From Octopus sinensis (Eukaryota): a stretch of 64,000 nt of DNA. The DNA lies in NCBI RefSeq assembly GCF_006345805.1, contig NC_042998.1, positions 128,216,001 through 128,280,000 of the forward strand, in the 5' to 3' direction. Below the pieces are notes generated by a model. It was not told the origin of the DNA, did not search any database, and saw nothing but the letters and a program-made list of their open reading frames with translations. Position 1 is the stretch's first letter; every line of letters starts with the position of its first letter. Shown piece after piece: positions 12,725 through 25,119 of this stretch. Position numbers and translations under genes: made by a program.

Positions 12725-12775
12725 ATTCATATATATATATATATACACACACATACACACGATTTTTACCACTAT

Positions 12776-12887
12776 CCGCGGTTGCCTCGGGGAAAATAAG
12801 TTGACAAAAGCACAGCCATGATCGAGACCAATGTCCTAAAATTGAAGTGACATGCGTGCTAATTTGTGGACGTACATAAATTACATT

Positions 12888-12930
<43 letters not shown>

Positions 12931-13154
12931 CCTGCCTTTTATAGATAAATAGATAAATAACTGATTTGAAATAAATGTATTTTAATTGTTGTGTGAGAAA
13001 TTATATATAATCTGATTATAAAATATAGTGTCTTTCAAAAACATCCTAAATTTGAAGACTATATCTCATGTTTAAGAAAAAAAAACATTTTACATTTTTT
13101 ATTTTTGATGAACGCTGTCACTTATTCTATCTCCCTCACAAGCACACACACACA

Positions 13155-13185
<31 letters not shown>

Positions 13186-13449
13186 TCAACACACACACTT
13201 TCACTCCGCTATGGCAAGACGGGGACTTAACACATGTTAGCAAACTTCGAAATTGGTAAAAGTTATGGTTGAAAATCGACTTTTACTGCAATCCGTTGGT
13301 GCCTCGGGAAAAATAAGTTGACAAAACCTAGCTAGGATCGTGACGAATGTCCTCCTAAAATTGCAGCGACATATGTGCTAATTTGTGGACGTGCATAAAT
13401 TATATTCACGTACACACATACACACATCCTGCCTTTTATATATACAGAT
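12776..13449 (+). repeat. Two diverged direct copies of a ~160 bp repeat ending (CA)n-tcctgccttttata..agat
   Basis: 12776-12946 vs 13291-13449 share gcctcgg.aaaataagttgacaaaa...ctaatttgtggacgt.cataaatta.attcacg. Confidence 0.75.
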
Positions 13450-13450
13450 A

Positions 13451-14722
13451 TATTGGGTCATCCCATAAGTAATGCGATTTTTTATACTTTTATTTTTCAA
13501 CATTAAGATGAAGGAAGTTCTTTTTTAATCTAAAATATACTTTCCTTCATTTTGTACAATACTTTTCAATCTGGTAAATTTGTGAGTCTCCTCTTCCAAG
13601 ATTCACTTGCCTGAGACGAAAAATACTCCTCCAGTACTGTTGTGACCTCGTCTACAGAGTTCATATTTTTTCCGTCCAAATGATTTTGAAGACTACGAAT
13701 AAATGATAATCAGATGCGGTAATGTCCGGCGAATATGGTGGAATACCGTTTCTCATTCAAACTGCTCCAGCCTTTGGAATATCATCCTGGCTGTATGTGT
13801 CTGAGCATTATCCTGAAGGAAGAGCACCTTTCGTCTTGAAACTAAAGATGGTCATTTTCCTTCAAGCGCTGACTTAAGCAGCTCAAGCTGCTCGCAGTAG
13901 GTCTCCTTTGTTATCATTTGGTCTAGGTTGAAAACGTCAAAGTGGACTAAATCTTTCAAAACCCACCAAACAGATAACAACACCTTACGTGAGGGAAGAT
14001 TTTCTTTAACCTGGAGTGCCAGTGTTTCTGTTCTCCCTACCCAATGTCTTCGGCGCTTGACATTTTATAGAGAAGCCATTTCTCGTCATCAGTCATTATT
14101 CGGTCCAAAAAATGTTCATTCGTGAAACGTGACAGCAAAGAAGAGCACACATTCACTCTCTGCGCGCGAATAGAATCGGAAAGTTTGTGAGGATCCTACT
14201 GACCCATTTTGCTGACTCTTCCGGTGGCACGCAGGTGCCGATGAATAGTTGAATGGCCAAATCGAAGCTTCTCTGCTTGTTCCTCAACAGTTACAATAGG
14301 ATTTTATTTCACCAGGGCTTGCAGGACGTCCTCGTCGAACTCTACAAATCTTCCGGGACAGGGTTCGTCTTCTAGGCTGCAGTTTCCGACACGGAATTTC
14401 TGGAACCACCGTTCACACTGGGTAACGCTTATTATCCGATCCCCATATGTTGCATTAATATTCCTCACACTTTCCTTTGCGTTGTTGCCTTTATTATATT
14501 CATCAAGTAAAATATACCGAATATGCTCCTTTGTCACTTCCATTATAGCTTTGAAAAAATAACTGTTAAAATCGAACTGCACTCTTCAAAACTTGCACTA
14601 AGAATAAGTACAAGGTAAAATTACTGCCTGCTTTTGTAGCAAGTTGATGCAAGTAGTTTATCCCGTCACCCCCCAACTTTTACTTCATGCAATTGACAAT
14701 CATGCATTGTTTATGGAATGAC

Positions 14723-14728
<6 letters not shown>
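13451..14728 (-). mobile_element. Full-length degenerate mariner transposon
   Basis: TIRs tattgggtcatcccataagtaatgc / gcattgtttatggaatgacctaata in TA context; 1278 bp. Transposase starts at 14543 (MEVTKEHIRYILL..RWFQKFR.G..SLEDEP.PGR) and has MTDDEKW, LQDNA and SDYHLF motifs, but carries stops and frameshifts. Confidence 0.92.
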
Positions 14729-14815
<87 letters not shown>

Positions 14816-14828
14816 ATATAGATATATA

Positions 14829-14841
14829 TTGTTTCGGCAAT

Positions 14842-14878
<37 letters not shown>

Positions 14879-14930
14879 TATGGCCCCTGCGCGTGGATGA
14901 TACGCAAATTCGTGAAGCGTTCCCTATTTT
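14829..14930 (+). pseudogene. U6: U6 snRNA retropseudogene
   Basis: ttgtttcggcaatacatatactaaaattggaacgatacagagaagattagtatggcccctgcgcgtggatgatacgcaaattcgtgaagcgttccctatttt matches metazoan U6 from about nt 5 to the end. The ACAGAGA box is intact but the catalytic AGC triad reads AGT, and there are ISL changes. Only (TA)n lies upstream, with no PSE/TATA. Confidence 0.9.
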
Positions 14931-14934
14931 CTAT

Positions 14935-15100
14935 AGGCGCAGGAGTGGCTGTGAAGTAAGAAGCTTGCTTCCCAACCACATGGTTCCAGGTTCAGTGCCA
15001 CTGCGTGGTACCTCGTGCAAATGTCTTCTCCTATAGCTGAGATCGACCAAAACCTTGTGAGTAGATTTAGTAGACAGAAACTGAAAGAAGCCCATCGTGT

Positions 15101-15165
<65 letters not shown>

Positions 15166-15360
15166 TGTCTGAGTATGTCCTCCACCATCGCTTGACAATC
15201 GATGTTGGTGTGTTTACGTCCCCGAAACTTAGCGATTCGGCAAAAAGAGACTGATAAAATAAGTATTAGTCTTATGAAGCATAAGTCTTTGGTTCGATTT
15301 GTTCGACTAAATCGGTGCTCCAGCATGGCCGCAATTAAATTACTGAAACAAGGAAAATAA
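14935..15360 (+). mobile_element. SINE family B, full copy abutting U6
   Basis: aggcgcaggagtggctgtg...gaagcttgcttcccaaccacatggttcc...agacagaaactgaaagaagcccatcg-(GT)n-...ctccagcatggccgc. Confidence 0.85.
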
Positions 15361-15459
15361 TAAAGGAATAAAAGAATATATATAGCTGTATACATAGGTG
15401 TGTGTGTGTGTGTGTATGTGTGTGTGTGGTGTGTGTATGTGTGTGCACATAGATACACC

Positions 15460-15672
15460 ATGGGGTGTTGAAAGTTCCTGACTATGGGTAAAAGAAAATA
15501 CAGGAGGATCAGTAAATTATGATTTGATTCAACATATTTCCCTCTCAGATTCATACATCTATTGCAGCGGTTCTTCAGTTTTTCTAAGCCCTGTAAAAGA
15601 ACTCGGAAGGTTGAGCCTCCAACCAAGCCTTTCACGATACACTTAAAAGCCAGGAACTGTTCAGCACACCCT
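15460..15672 (-). mobile_element. Mariner-derived MITE (second copy of the 6080-6294 family)
   Basis: ggggtgttgaaagttcctg ... caggaactgttcagcacaccc; encodes the remnant GLEKLKNRCNRCMNLRGKYVE. Confidence 0.8.
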
Positions 15673-15805
15673 GCTCTGGGATAAAATGGGGTGGGGATAG
15701 TCGTGGCTAGGACGCATCATAGCAAATAACACGGCTAATTGAAGAAGAAAGGAAATATAACAGAGTAACTAGCAATTAAAAAGAGATAATAATGTTTTCC
15801 TTTAC

Positions 15806-15959
15806 CTGTCGCAGCATCAGATTCAGGCTTAGCATGTGTCTCTGATACAAATAACGACAACTGCAACAGCAACACCAAAAACAATGCTTGTAGCGCACCT
15901 GCGTTGACGTAGGGATGAAAGGTTCGTATTCGCACACCTGACAGGCTATTTTCTGTCAT
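15806..15959 (-). CDS. SMPDL3: SMPDL3-like phosphodiesterase, coding exon 1 (signal peptide)
   Basis: ATG at 15959 (aaaATGa) reads MTENSLSGVRIRTFHPYVNAGALQALFLVLLLQLSLFVSETHAKPESDAAT+G. It has a hydrophobic h-region and ends at a phase-1 donor ACAG|gtaaag that joins exon 2 to give ATGYFWH. An upstream in-frame ATG exists at 16043. Confidence 0.8.
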
Positions 15960-16398
15960 TTTAATCAACACTGTTTTCACTAATGATTTAGCAACAAACG
16001 TCAAGTACTGTGAGCAAACGTCCTCCTTCCTGCAATCTCGCATACTACTTGCTATATTAAAGTCACCCACTCATAACTGCATACAATTCATTCAAACACA
16101 CAAACGCATATACCTCAGTATCCCACACATAGACACTTAAACTAGCTCGTTCAAGGTCAGGTCAAGATGTAAAACTATTCATTGACATGTGATCAGCATT
16201 AATATATCACGTATTTGACGGTCCCTAGTTCAGGGAACACTACGTGAATTATAATTGCTATTAAAATCGTATACCAGACATTGCTAGTAGCAGCAGTTGT
16301 GGTTTAATCTATAATAACTTTATTTCAGTACTGCTATAAATACATATGAACGACAAATATTCGATTCATGTATAACGTGTGTGTGTGTGTGTGTATAC

Positions 16399-16442
<44 letters not shown>

Positions 16443-16565
16443 TTATATACATACCTGCATACATATATATTTATGTGTGTATATATGTATTCACACATAT
16501 ATACATACACATATATGTATATATACATATACATATACATACATACATAAATACATACATACATG

Positions 16566-17154
<589 letters not shown>

Positions 17155-17424
17155 CAGTTTATAGCTATCTATCTAGGCTGATGCTTTGAATTTCAAACAC
17201 GGTCTATCCAGCCGGACTCCACACAATTTCTGTCTACCCAATTTCGTTCAGAAAATTTACGTTAACCCATGGTTATGGTAAACATCTTAAGATATCTTGC
17301 AATGGGATCGGATCATGCCTTGCTGATTGAAAACAAACTTTTTTTTTAATCGCTAGATCACACATACGTTCACACCAATATTCTCATACACAAAACACTA
17401 TATTTGACCATTACCATCACAAAC

Positions 17425-17615
17425 ATATATTAATCCTTTCTTGTATAGGCACAAGGCCTGAAATTGTGGTGGGTGGGGTGCTAGTCGATTACATTGACCC
17501 CAGTGTTCAACTGGTACTTAATTTATCGTACCTGAAAAGATGAAAGGCAAAGTCGACTTCGGCGGTATTTGAACTCAGAACATACAGACGGAAAAAAATG
17601 CCAACTCACCACCTT
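17425..17615 (-). mobile_element. SINE family A copy
   Basis: ggtacttaatttatcgtacctgaaaagatgaaaggcaaagtcgacttcggcggtatttgaactcag. Confidence 0.75.
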
Positions 17616-18349
17616 ACATATGTATATAATACTCACTGATACACATACGCTGTCACACATTGCGACCAGTGAGCCTCAATACATCGGTGTATCAAATGTT
17701 GAGCTTCCGTTTCATATATTTTTTGTTTGTTTTTTTAAGGCTTAGTCAGAGGAGTAGGAGCTATGCGCATTGTCGTTCGGGGCCGCCAGCCTTATGTGTT
17801 TAGCGCAGTCGAAAGAGCTTCTACGTAGTCACTAAACCTGCAATAAATACTATGTATGTACGTATGCATGTATATACGCATGCATGTGTGTGCGCGCGCG
17901 CGCGTTCTTCCCTAGAGTAAGATCTTAAATGACTTCTTGAGCCCTGAAAGGCGTTTCAAGAGCCATTCACATTTACTGCAGCAATGTTCCCATTTTCTTA
18001 GGCTTAGTCAGAGGCTTTGTCAGAGAAGTAGGAGCTGTGCGCATGGTCTGTCAATGCTTCCACCCTTGTGTGACTGGTGCAGTCGAAGAAGCTTCTACGT
18101 AGTTACTAGACTTGCAATAAATACCTATATGTATGATTGTTCAGTTTTATTTCAAAATACAGAAAGAGCCGGTTTCTAACCTAGATCCAAGGTTCCTTCA
18201 TTGGAATTTCAACATCAATAACAAGATATTTTTGTTTGTATGTCTCTTCTATTATTTAATTATTATAAATCTTCCACTGAGGAGGGAGTCGGTTTCTATC
18301 AAAGATACAAGGCTCTATCATTGAGATGTAGTTAACACAGACAAATTCA

Positions 18350-18715
18350 CATTTGGAACTTGAGAAAAGTCTTGCATATTTGTACTGTTCCATTCACAGA
18401 TTGCTCTTATAATGTACGAATGGGTCGGTCGATTTCTCTTTCTGAAAATCCCAGTTAATCCAGATTATCCTTTAAGTATTTACTAACAAAACCTAGTGCT
18501 CCAATTATTATTGGTATGAATACGAATTCATAGTCTGGATATAGAAGCTGGAGGTTTCTAAGGAGTTGTCCATAGATATCCTCTTCTTCTTTGATTTTCA
18601 AAGAGATATTTATATTAATGCGGCTAAATCTCATTTCAGGATTGGCACCATTTTCTGTTCGTCTATAATGAATGTTCAAGTGCCGCTTCAATCCTCCACG
18701 TGACATTCAGTGTTT
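18350..18715 (-). mobile_element. R4/Dong-type (restriction-like endonuclease) non-LTR retrotransposon 3' fragment
   Basis: KEEEDIYGQLLRNLQLLYPDYEFVFIPIIIGALGFVSKYLKDNL..LGFSE..GTVQICKTFLKF; the PIxIGALG motif is typical of REL-bearing LINE C-termini. Confidence 0.7.
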
Positions 18716-19185
18716 TTGTTTGCTTGTTTGTTTTTGGTTTTGTTTTGTTTTTGATTTTTTTAGACAGGCATTGCAATGAAGCTAGTCATGCGGAATGAGA
18801 TTCCAGTTGCTCATGTATGCCCTACTCACACTAGCATGTTTGTACGATCTCATACCAGCGTGAGATATGTATACTTTTGTGCAAAAGAATATTTAAAGAA
18901 GGAATGAGGAAATCTTGCAAGGCTACTGATATTAATCTTATTTTTACGAATTTTTCTTTTCATTTGTGTTTAACTCTGTCGAGCTTAAAATCTTCAACAC
19001 CGCTCCAAATTGTAGCTCTACACGCTTCCCTATCTGCTGCAGGTGATTCAAGACCTTTGTAACATAATTTGATTTTAAAATCTTTGTATCTTCGGTTTAC
19101 TATTTTTTTATGTGTTAACATACATACATACACATATACACTCACACACACACATACACACACACATACATTCATACATACATAG

Positions 19186-19216
<31 letters not shown>

Positions 19217-19589
19217 CATACATACATAGTTACATACATACACACACATGCATACACAAACACATACATGCATGCATGCATACATACATACATACATACA
19301 TACATACATACATACATACATACATACATACACAAGGAAGATTGTGTTCCGTTCAACCAGTTCAACCCAGATCTTAAAACCGGTGATCTTATTTTGTATG
19401 CTCATGATCGAAGTCACTAAAAATCTTTAAAACTCCTGAATAAAAGTGTTAGGCATTCCCACCCATATCCTAAATTCTGTTACCTAATATATATATATAT
19501 ATATATATATATCCCGACCGAAGATCTCTGCATTATGCTTTTTAATCCGCACAATCGCATGTAATATTCTGCTTTACACTTTTCAAAGT

Positions 19590-19781
19590 TATATGTTGTT
19601 GTGTCTGGGGAGAGTTATTCTCTTTTAGTGCCTTATTATTTAACACACTCACCGGTAAAGTTTCCACTCATTTACTTATTCAGGAAAAATAAATAAGTAA
19701 ATGAGTGGAAACTTTACCGGTGAGTGTATTAAATAATAAGGCACTAAAAGAGAATGATTCTCCACAGATACAACAAAATAT
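19590..19781. repeat. ~90 bp inverted repeat with 11 nt loop; family also present at 40899-41103
   Basis: tcttttagtgccttattatttaacacactcaccggtaaagtttccactcatttacttatt | caggaaaaata | aataagtaaatgagtggaaactttaccggtgagtgtattaaataataaggcactaaaaga. Confidence 0.9.
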
Positions 19782-21206
19782 GATTCAACACGCGAACACA
19801 CATAAAGAATCTTGCATACCAAATCCAAAAACAAAGTTATATGTGTTCATTGAAAATCCTAAATCTTAAACTAGTCTTCATATTCTGGATATGCAAATAT
19901 ATATGTGTTTATACATGTGTATATCACTCTACATAAATACTATGTACTTATATTTTTATGTACTTGGGTACTTGTGCACCTGGGTACACACCTATTATTG
20001 TATTTGTGTATGTATGGATTCATATGTGCTCGCATGCTTCTCTGATGCTAAACTCATTGTTCATTGTGCAATTATTCATGTTGCAAGTCCTATAGATCTA
20101 CCTTTTCTGCCTTCCTAATTTTATACATAATTTTTATAATGGTAAGCCAATTTGAAAATAATTGTCAAATAATTTCCTAAGCCTCTTAATGTTTTGGGGT
20201 TTTTTTCCCCGTCTACATATTTTCTATGTAATTCATACCTATATGTCTATATCTTTAAAACTTATTAAAATTGCGTACTGCTTTATATACATATATTTAA
20301 TTATTTTATGTAGTCGTTAATTTGCATACACACACACATATAGAAACATATATACATGTATGCATACATATGAATACATATTACATATACGGATTTATAT
20401 TCTTTTATCCATTTCTTCCTTAATTGATATCAGTCACGCAGTCTATAATTTTCTGCACATCTATTGTTCATGTGCATATATGCAAATACATGTATATACA
20501 TATGTGTATGGTTGTGGGGGGGTTGGATGTAATCGTATATAAGTGTATGTTTATAAGTATATATGCATGAGTATATATGTGTGTGTGCGCGCACGCATGT
20601 ATATATGAAAATATTTATATGCCATGTTTATATGTCATGAATATATATTTTACATATTTTACAGTTCCACTTACAGATTGACTTTGTAATGTATGCAAGC
20701 CTGCATGCATGCATGTATGTATGTATGTATGTATGTATGTATGTATGTATGTTTGTATGTATGTATGTATGTGTGTATGTATGTATGTGTGTATGTATGT
20801 ATGTATGTATGTATGTATGTATGTATGTATGTGTGTGTATGTGTGTGTGTATTTATGTATGTATGTATGTATGTATGTATGTATGTATGTATGTATGTAT
20901 TTATGTATGTATGTATGTATTTATGTATGTGTATAAAGGTGAGAAATTGAGCATTATTTGGGATAGTAAATATGTAACTTTGAATTGTGTAATGTTACAC
21001 ATTACATATTGTTACGCAAAACATATTCACCCGTTTTTCTAATACACGTACGCACATATATACGTTCATACACAGTCACGCACACACAAAGACACACACA
21101 TACACACACACACACATATTTATACATAACTGCCATCGTCCTACGAATTAAGATCACGCATACACCCTTCTACATCGTGTATTAGAAGTTGACTTTCTGC
21201 TAACTC

Positions 21207-22900
21207 CAGTGTTCTCAATCGTTTTGATTTCGCTTGCACACCGAAGATCAAATACTAAAATTAATGTGCGCACTCTACGTGAAAAAAATTTTATAAATCA
21301 TACTTTAAAGTTAAAAATTTAGAAAAAGAAACTCTAAAAACAAAGTATTGCTCCATTATTTTTATTAATTTTTTCAATGTCGAAGCGTATGTACGATAAA
21401 CATTGCTTTTTGGCTCTATGAGAAGTCACTCGTCTTTTGTTTTTTTCAATTTAATGTTGGTCAATGAAGAAAATCTTAATCTACATAAATATGATGTTAA
21501 AAATTTTATCAAAATATTATTTTTTTTTTGTTTTAGCTACTGCGGAATAATCTTCTCTGATGGTAAACCAAAACATTTTAATAGATAGTTCATCAGAATT
21601 GGTTTTCTGTTCACGTTCGCTGAATATAGCAGCCAATTACTCTTCTTGAAATATTTTCAGGTCAGCATCAACTGGAATTCTTATGAAGTGGTTTCGTATC
21701 CAATCGAATCCAATCTGGGCTTAATAATACTTTCTGACTTAAACACTAGGCCAGCAATTTTGTGAGAAAGGGATAAGTTGATGTCACCGACCTCTGTACT
21801 TAGAACGTAATGAGACGAAAGAAATACTGCAGGGCATTTTTCCGACGCTGTAACGATTCTGTTAGCTTGCCACCATTATTCTATGCATAATAATTCTCTC
21901 TACCACAGGCACAAGGTCTGCTACTTATTTTATCGACCTCGAAAATATGAAAAACAAAGTTGACCTCGGCGGAATATAAATTCGGAACGTAAAACCAGAT
22001 GAAATGTCACTGTGGACTTTGTCCGACGCGCTAACGATTCTACCAGCTCATCGCCTCAATCTATGCTCATTAATGGAAAATAAAACTTCCCTTTTCTTTT
22101 CTAGGGTTGTCACATGCTCACCTTTGATAGGGGTCATTTCTTTTATATGTATTTTACTTACTACAGAAAAAATCTAAATTATCATTTCTGATTTCTCTTT
22201 CCCACATTACTATTTTTTCTGAAATGCTATTCGCTTATCTGAAGAGTTGAAGATATTTTCATTTTTATATTTGTCAAATATTCCAGAAGATACTCGAAAA
22301 AAGGTGATTCTTCAAAAAAAAATGCATGAAGTTATTCACACGGCTCAACACTTTCTACTTTGAGAACCATCTCATCGAAGTGAATGCACTTCGATGTACA
22401 AAAGTAACGTCAGTGCTAAGTGTTCATGTCAATAGAAATTTTCTGAAACAAACGAATTTTTAATGGGTTGCTTTTAATAAAATTAAGTATTTTGACAAAT
22501 TGGTCTAAAACCCGTTTCTATTTAACCCCAATGTTTTTGCAATGAAGGCCTCGATGCAGAAAGCAGTAAGTTATAATAACATCCAGGTTTTGCTTCTTTT
22601 ACATGTGTTGTTATCCCTTTCATACAGTCTGCCAAAAGGGGAGCTCCATCAGTATAAATGCCAAACCATGACTTCCGTGATATTTGCCATTTTTCAAAGT
22701 AGCTATTTAAAGAATAAAAAAAAAAGAATGTTTTCTCCTATTGAAGTGCCTGGCATTTTTTTGCCACAAAACACTGATGTACTGTTTGATCTTCAGTAAA
22801 AGGTAAACATGCCAATAGATGCGTTTTGTTGGTAATGTCTATTAACTCATCAATTTATAAAGCAAAATTTAAATGTTGAAGCTTATTACAACATGCATTT
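21207..22900 (-). mobile_element. Degenerate hAT (Charlie/Buster-type) transposon interrupted by SINEs
   Basis: TIR-like cagtgttctcaa at 21207. Minus-strand remnants read GIYTDGAP, YCFLHR, VLDQFVKILNFIKSNPLKIRLFQK (22340-22700) and WIRNHF..FWFTIREDYSAVA..TSYLC..FSSLTNIK (21400-21715). SINE A copies are inserted at ~21722-22060. Confidence 0.75.
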
Positions 22901-23123
22901 TCCTCGATGTCAGAAGATAGTTACGAACTGCGCTTACGAACTGTATCATTTGAGAGAGGAATATAAATTCTTTGTTGTTTCTGCCTCATCAAATGTAATA
23001 AAACGCCTGAGAGTTGGAATGAAAAGGAACAGCGATTAAACTACCTTGAGAGACAAAGTGGAAGAGTAAGTGGCAGATCTTGCAACGGAGAGATAAGGAG
23101 AAAGAGAGTAGATGATGAAAGCA

Positions 23124-23170
<47 letters not shown>

Positions 23171-23883
23171 CATACATACACACATATGTACGTACATACA
23201 TACATACATACATACATACATACATACATACATAGTGAGAGGAATATAAGAAAAAGAAATTAGTGAAAGCAAAGAGGGGGTACAAAGAGGATAGTAAAAG
23301 ATGGGGAAGGAGGGATGGATTGTGGAAAAGGAAAGTGAGAGATAAATGGCGGGAAGAGAGAAAGTAAGATGGAGTATGAGATTTGAAGAATGAAAAGGTA
23401 AACGTGTATGAGAGAGAGAGCGGGAGAGAGAGAATGTTGTAAGGATGAAAGCGAGTTATATATCAAAATAGGGAAAGGTAAGCAAGAGGGATGAGTAGCA
23501 TAGTTTGTAATGCCACTGCGTTTCTAGTTATCTCATTCACCCAGTCTCTTTTTGAAGTGTATATTAGTAATTAAAATACAGGCCTAGCCAATTAAAAATC
23601 CCTGTTCCAGTGTCCAACGAATTAGTTCACTACACAAGCCTTGATATAAATGTCAGTTTCATTTTATCGAAATATTTATGCTAAATTTTAAAGTTTATTA
23701 TGTGAGAATTGCACATATTTGTAAGTCTATATGATCTATATGTATGTGTGCGTGTACAGTAGAATGAAAGTATGAACAGGCAAACAGACTGTATCGGTTT
23801 AGATCATGTCGTTTATATAATGAAGCAAAATTGCTGAGTTGTTACAATATAGTAGATTGTAAGAAATAAGGAAGTAAAAAGGT

Positions 23884-24072
23884 GTGCAGATAGTCTCTTA
23901 CAACTGTTTCAAGAATAGATGCGCATATGATACATTTCCAGACGAAGATAATCTATACATATAGTAGCGGTCTATTCCATCTTCGGAGAATACATACATA
24001 TAAGGTTCATTTCGGAGAAATGTATCATATGCACATCTATCCTTGAAACAGCTGTAAGAGACTATCTGAACG
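23884..24072. mobile_element. MITE with ~55 bp TIRs
   Basis: gcagatagtctcttacaactgtttcaagaatagatgcgcatatgatacatttc vs gaaatgtatcatatgcacatctatccttgaaacagctgtaagagactatctg. Confidence 0.8.
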
Positions 24073-24134
24073 CATTCTTACTTCCTAATTTCTTATGATC
24101 TACTCTGTTGTAACAACTCAGTAATTGTGTGTGT

Positions 24135-24170
<36 letters not shown>

Positions 24171-24489
24171 GTGTGTGTGTGTGTGTGTGGATATAATCGA
24201 TGAAGAAAACGGAAGAGGTATTCAGTACGAATTCAGCACGTCGTGCTGAATAAAGATTAGCACTAAATCCAACTTCTGTCTTCTTTATCCATTACAAACA
24301 CTACAAACACTGCGGATTTCCTGAAGTAGATCCAGTGAAAATTATATCGTAACTGCGGTTGACCTCAAGAAGCCCAAAAGGTGAATGTGCTTTAATCAAC
24401 ATACTAATAGGCATATATTCAAAGTCCAAGTAGTTATATAAATATATATATAGAGAGAGAGGGGGACAGAGAGTGAGAGAGAGCGATGT

Positions 24490-24786
24490 GGAGGCGAAAT
24501 GGCCCATTGGTTAGGTCAGCAGACTCGCGGTCGTAGGATCGCGGTTTCGATTCCCAGACCGGGCGTTGTGAGTGTTTGTTGAGCGAAAACACCTAAAGCT
24601 CCATGAGGCTCCGGCAGGGGGTGGTAGCGATCCCCGATGTACTCTTTCGCCACAACTTTCTCTCACTCTTTCTTCTGCTGACCTGCTCGCTTAGCCAGCG
24701 GGGTGGCGTCATTCGAAGGCTAAAACAATGCGAAGCGCATTGTGACCAGCGATGTCTAACAACATCTGATAGCCTGGTCGGTCACG

Positions 24787-24790
<4 letters not shown>
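24490..24790 (+). mobile_element. tRNA-derived SINE family C
   Basis: Head ggaggcgaaatggcccattggttagg (A box) ... ggtttcgattcccag (B box); ends gcctggtcggtcacggtga-(TA)n. Confidence 0.75.
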
Positions 24791-24825
<35 letters not shown>

Positions 24826-25119
24826 TTATATATATGTGTGTGTATAGCGAGAGAGAGGGGGTGGGGAGAGAGAGACAGATAGAGAATTGAAAGCAAATAT
24901 TTTTATTACCAAAGTATATTTTGCATACCAGATTTGTGATAATACCGACTGTATCAATATCTACAGTTTAACCTAAATATGTAGTCACAGCGTATGTGTA
25001 AACTGTATCGAATACCAATGAGTTAATTTTTCCTCATCATAAAGTCTCCCATTGGCCATATTTTTGAAGTGGTGAATAAATTTCATTTCAATATTTCGCT
25101 ACCAATGGCGGTGAATAAT

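Noticed and set aside
14829-14930. Functional U6 gene
   Set aside because: The 5' nucleotides are missing, the AGC triad is mutated to AGT, the ISL has substitutions, and there is no upstream promoter.
18165-18330. Two tandem motifs with GAAACCG preceded by CAATGA in the Dong-type 3' region
   Set aside because: The core lacks the invariant CUGA and the stems are poor; cannot be supported as ribozymes.
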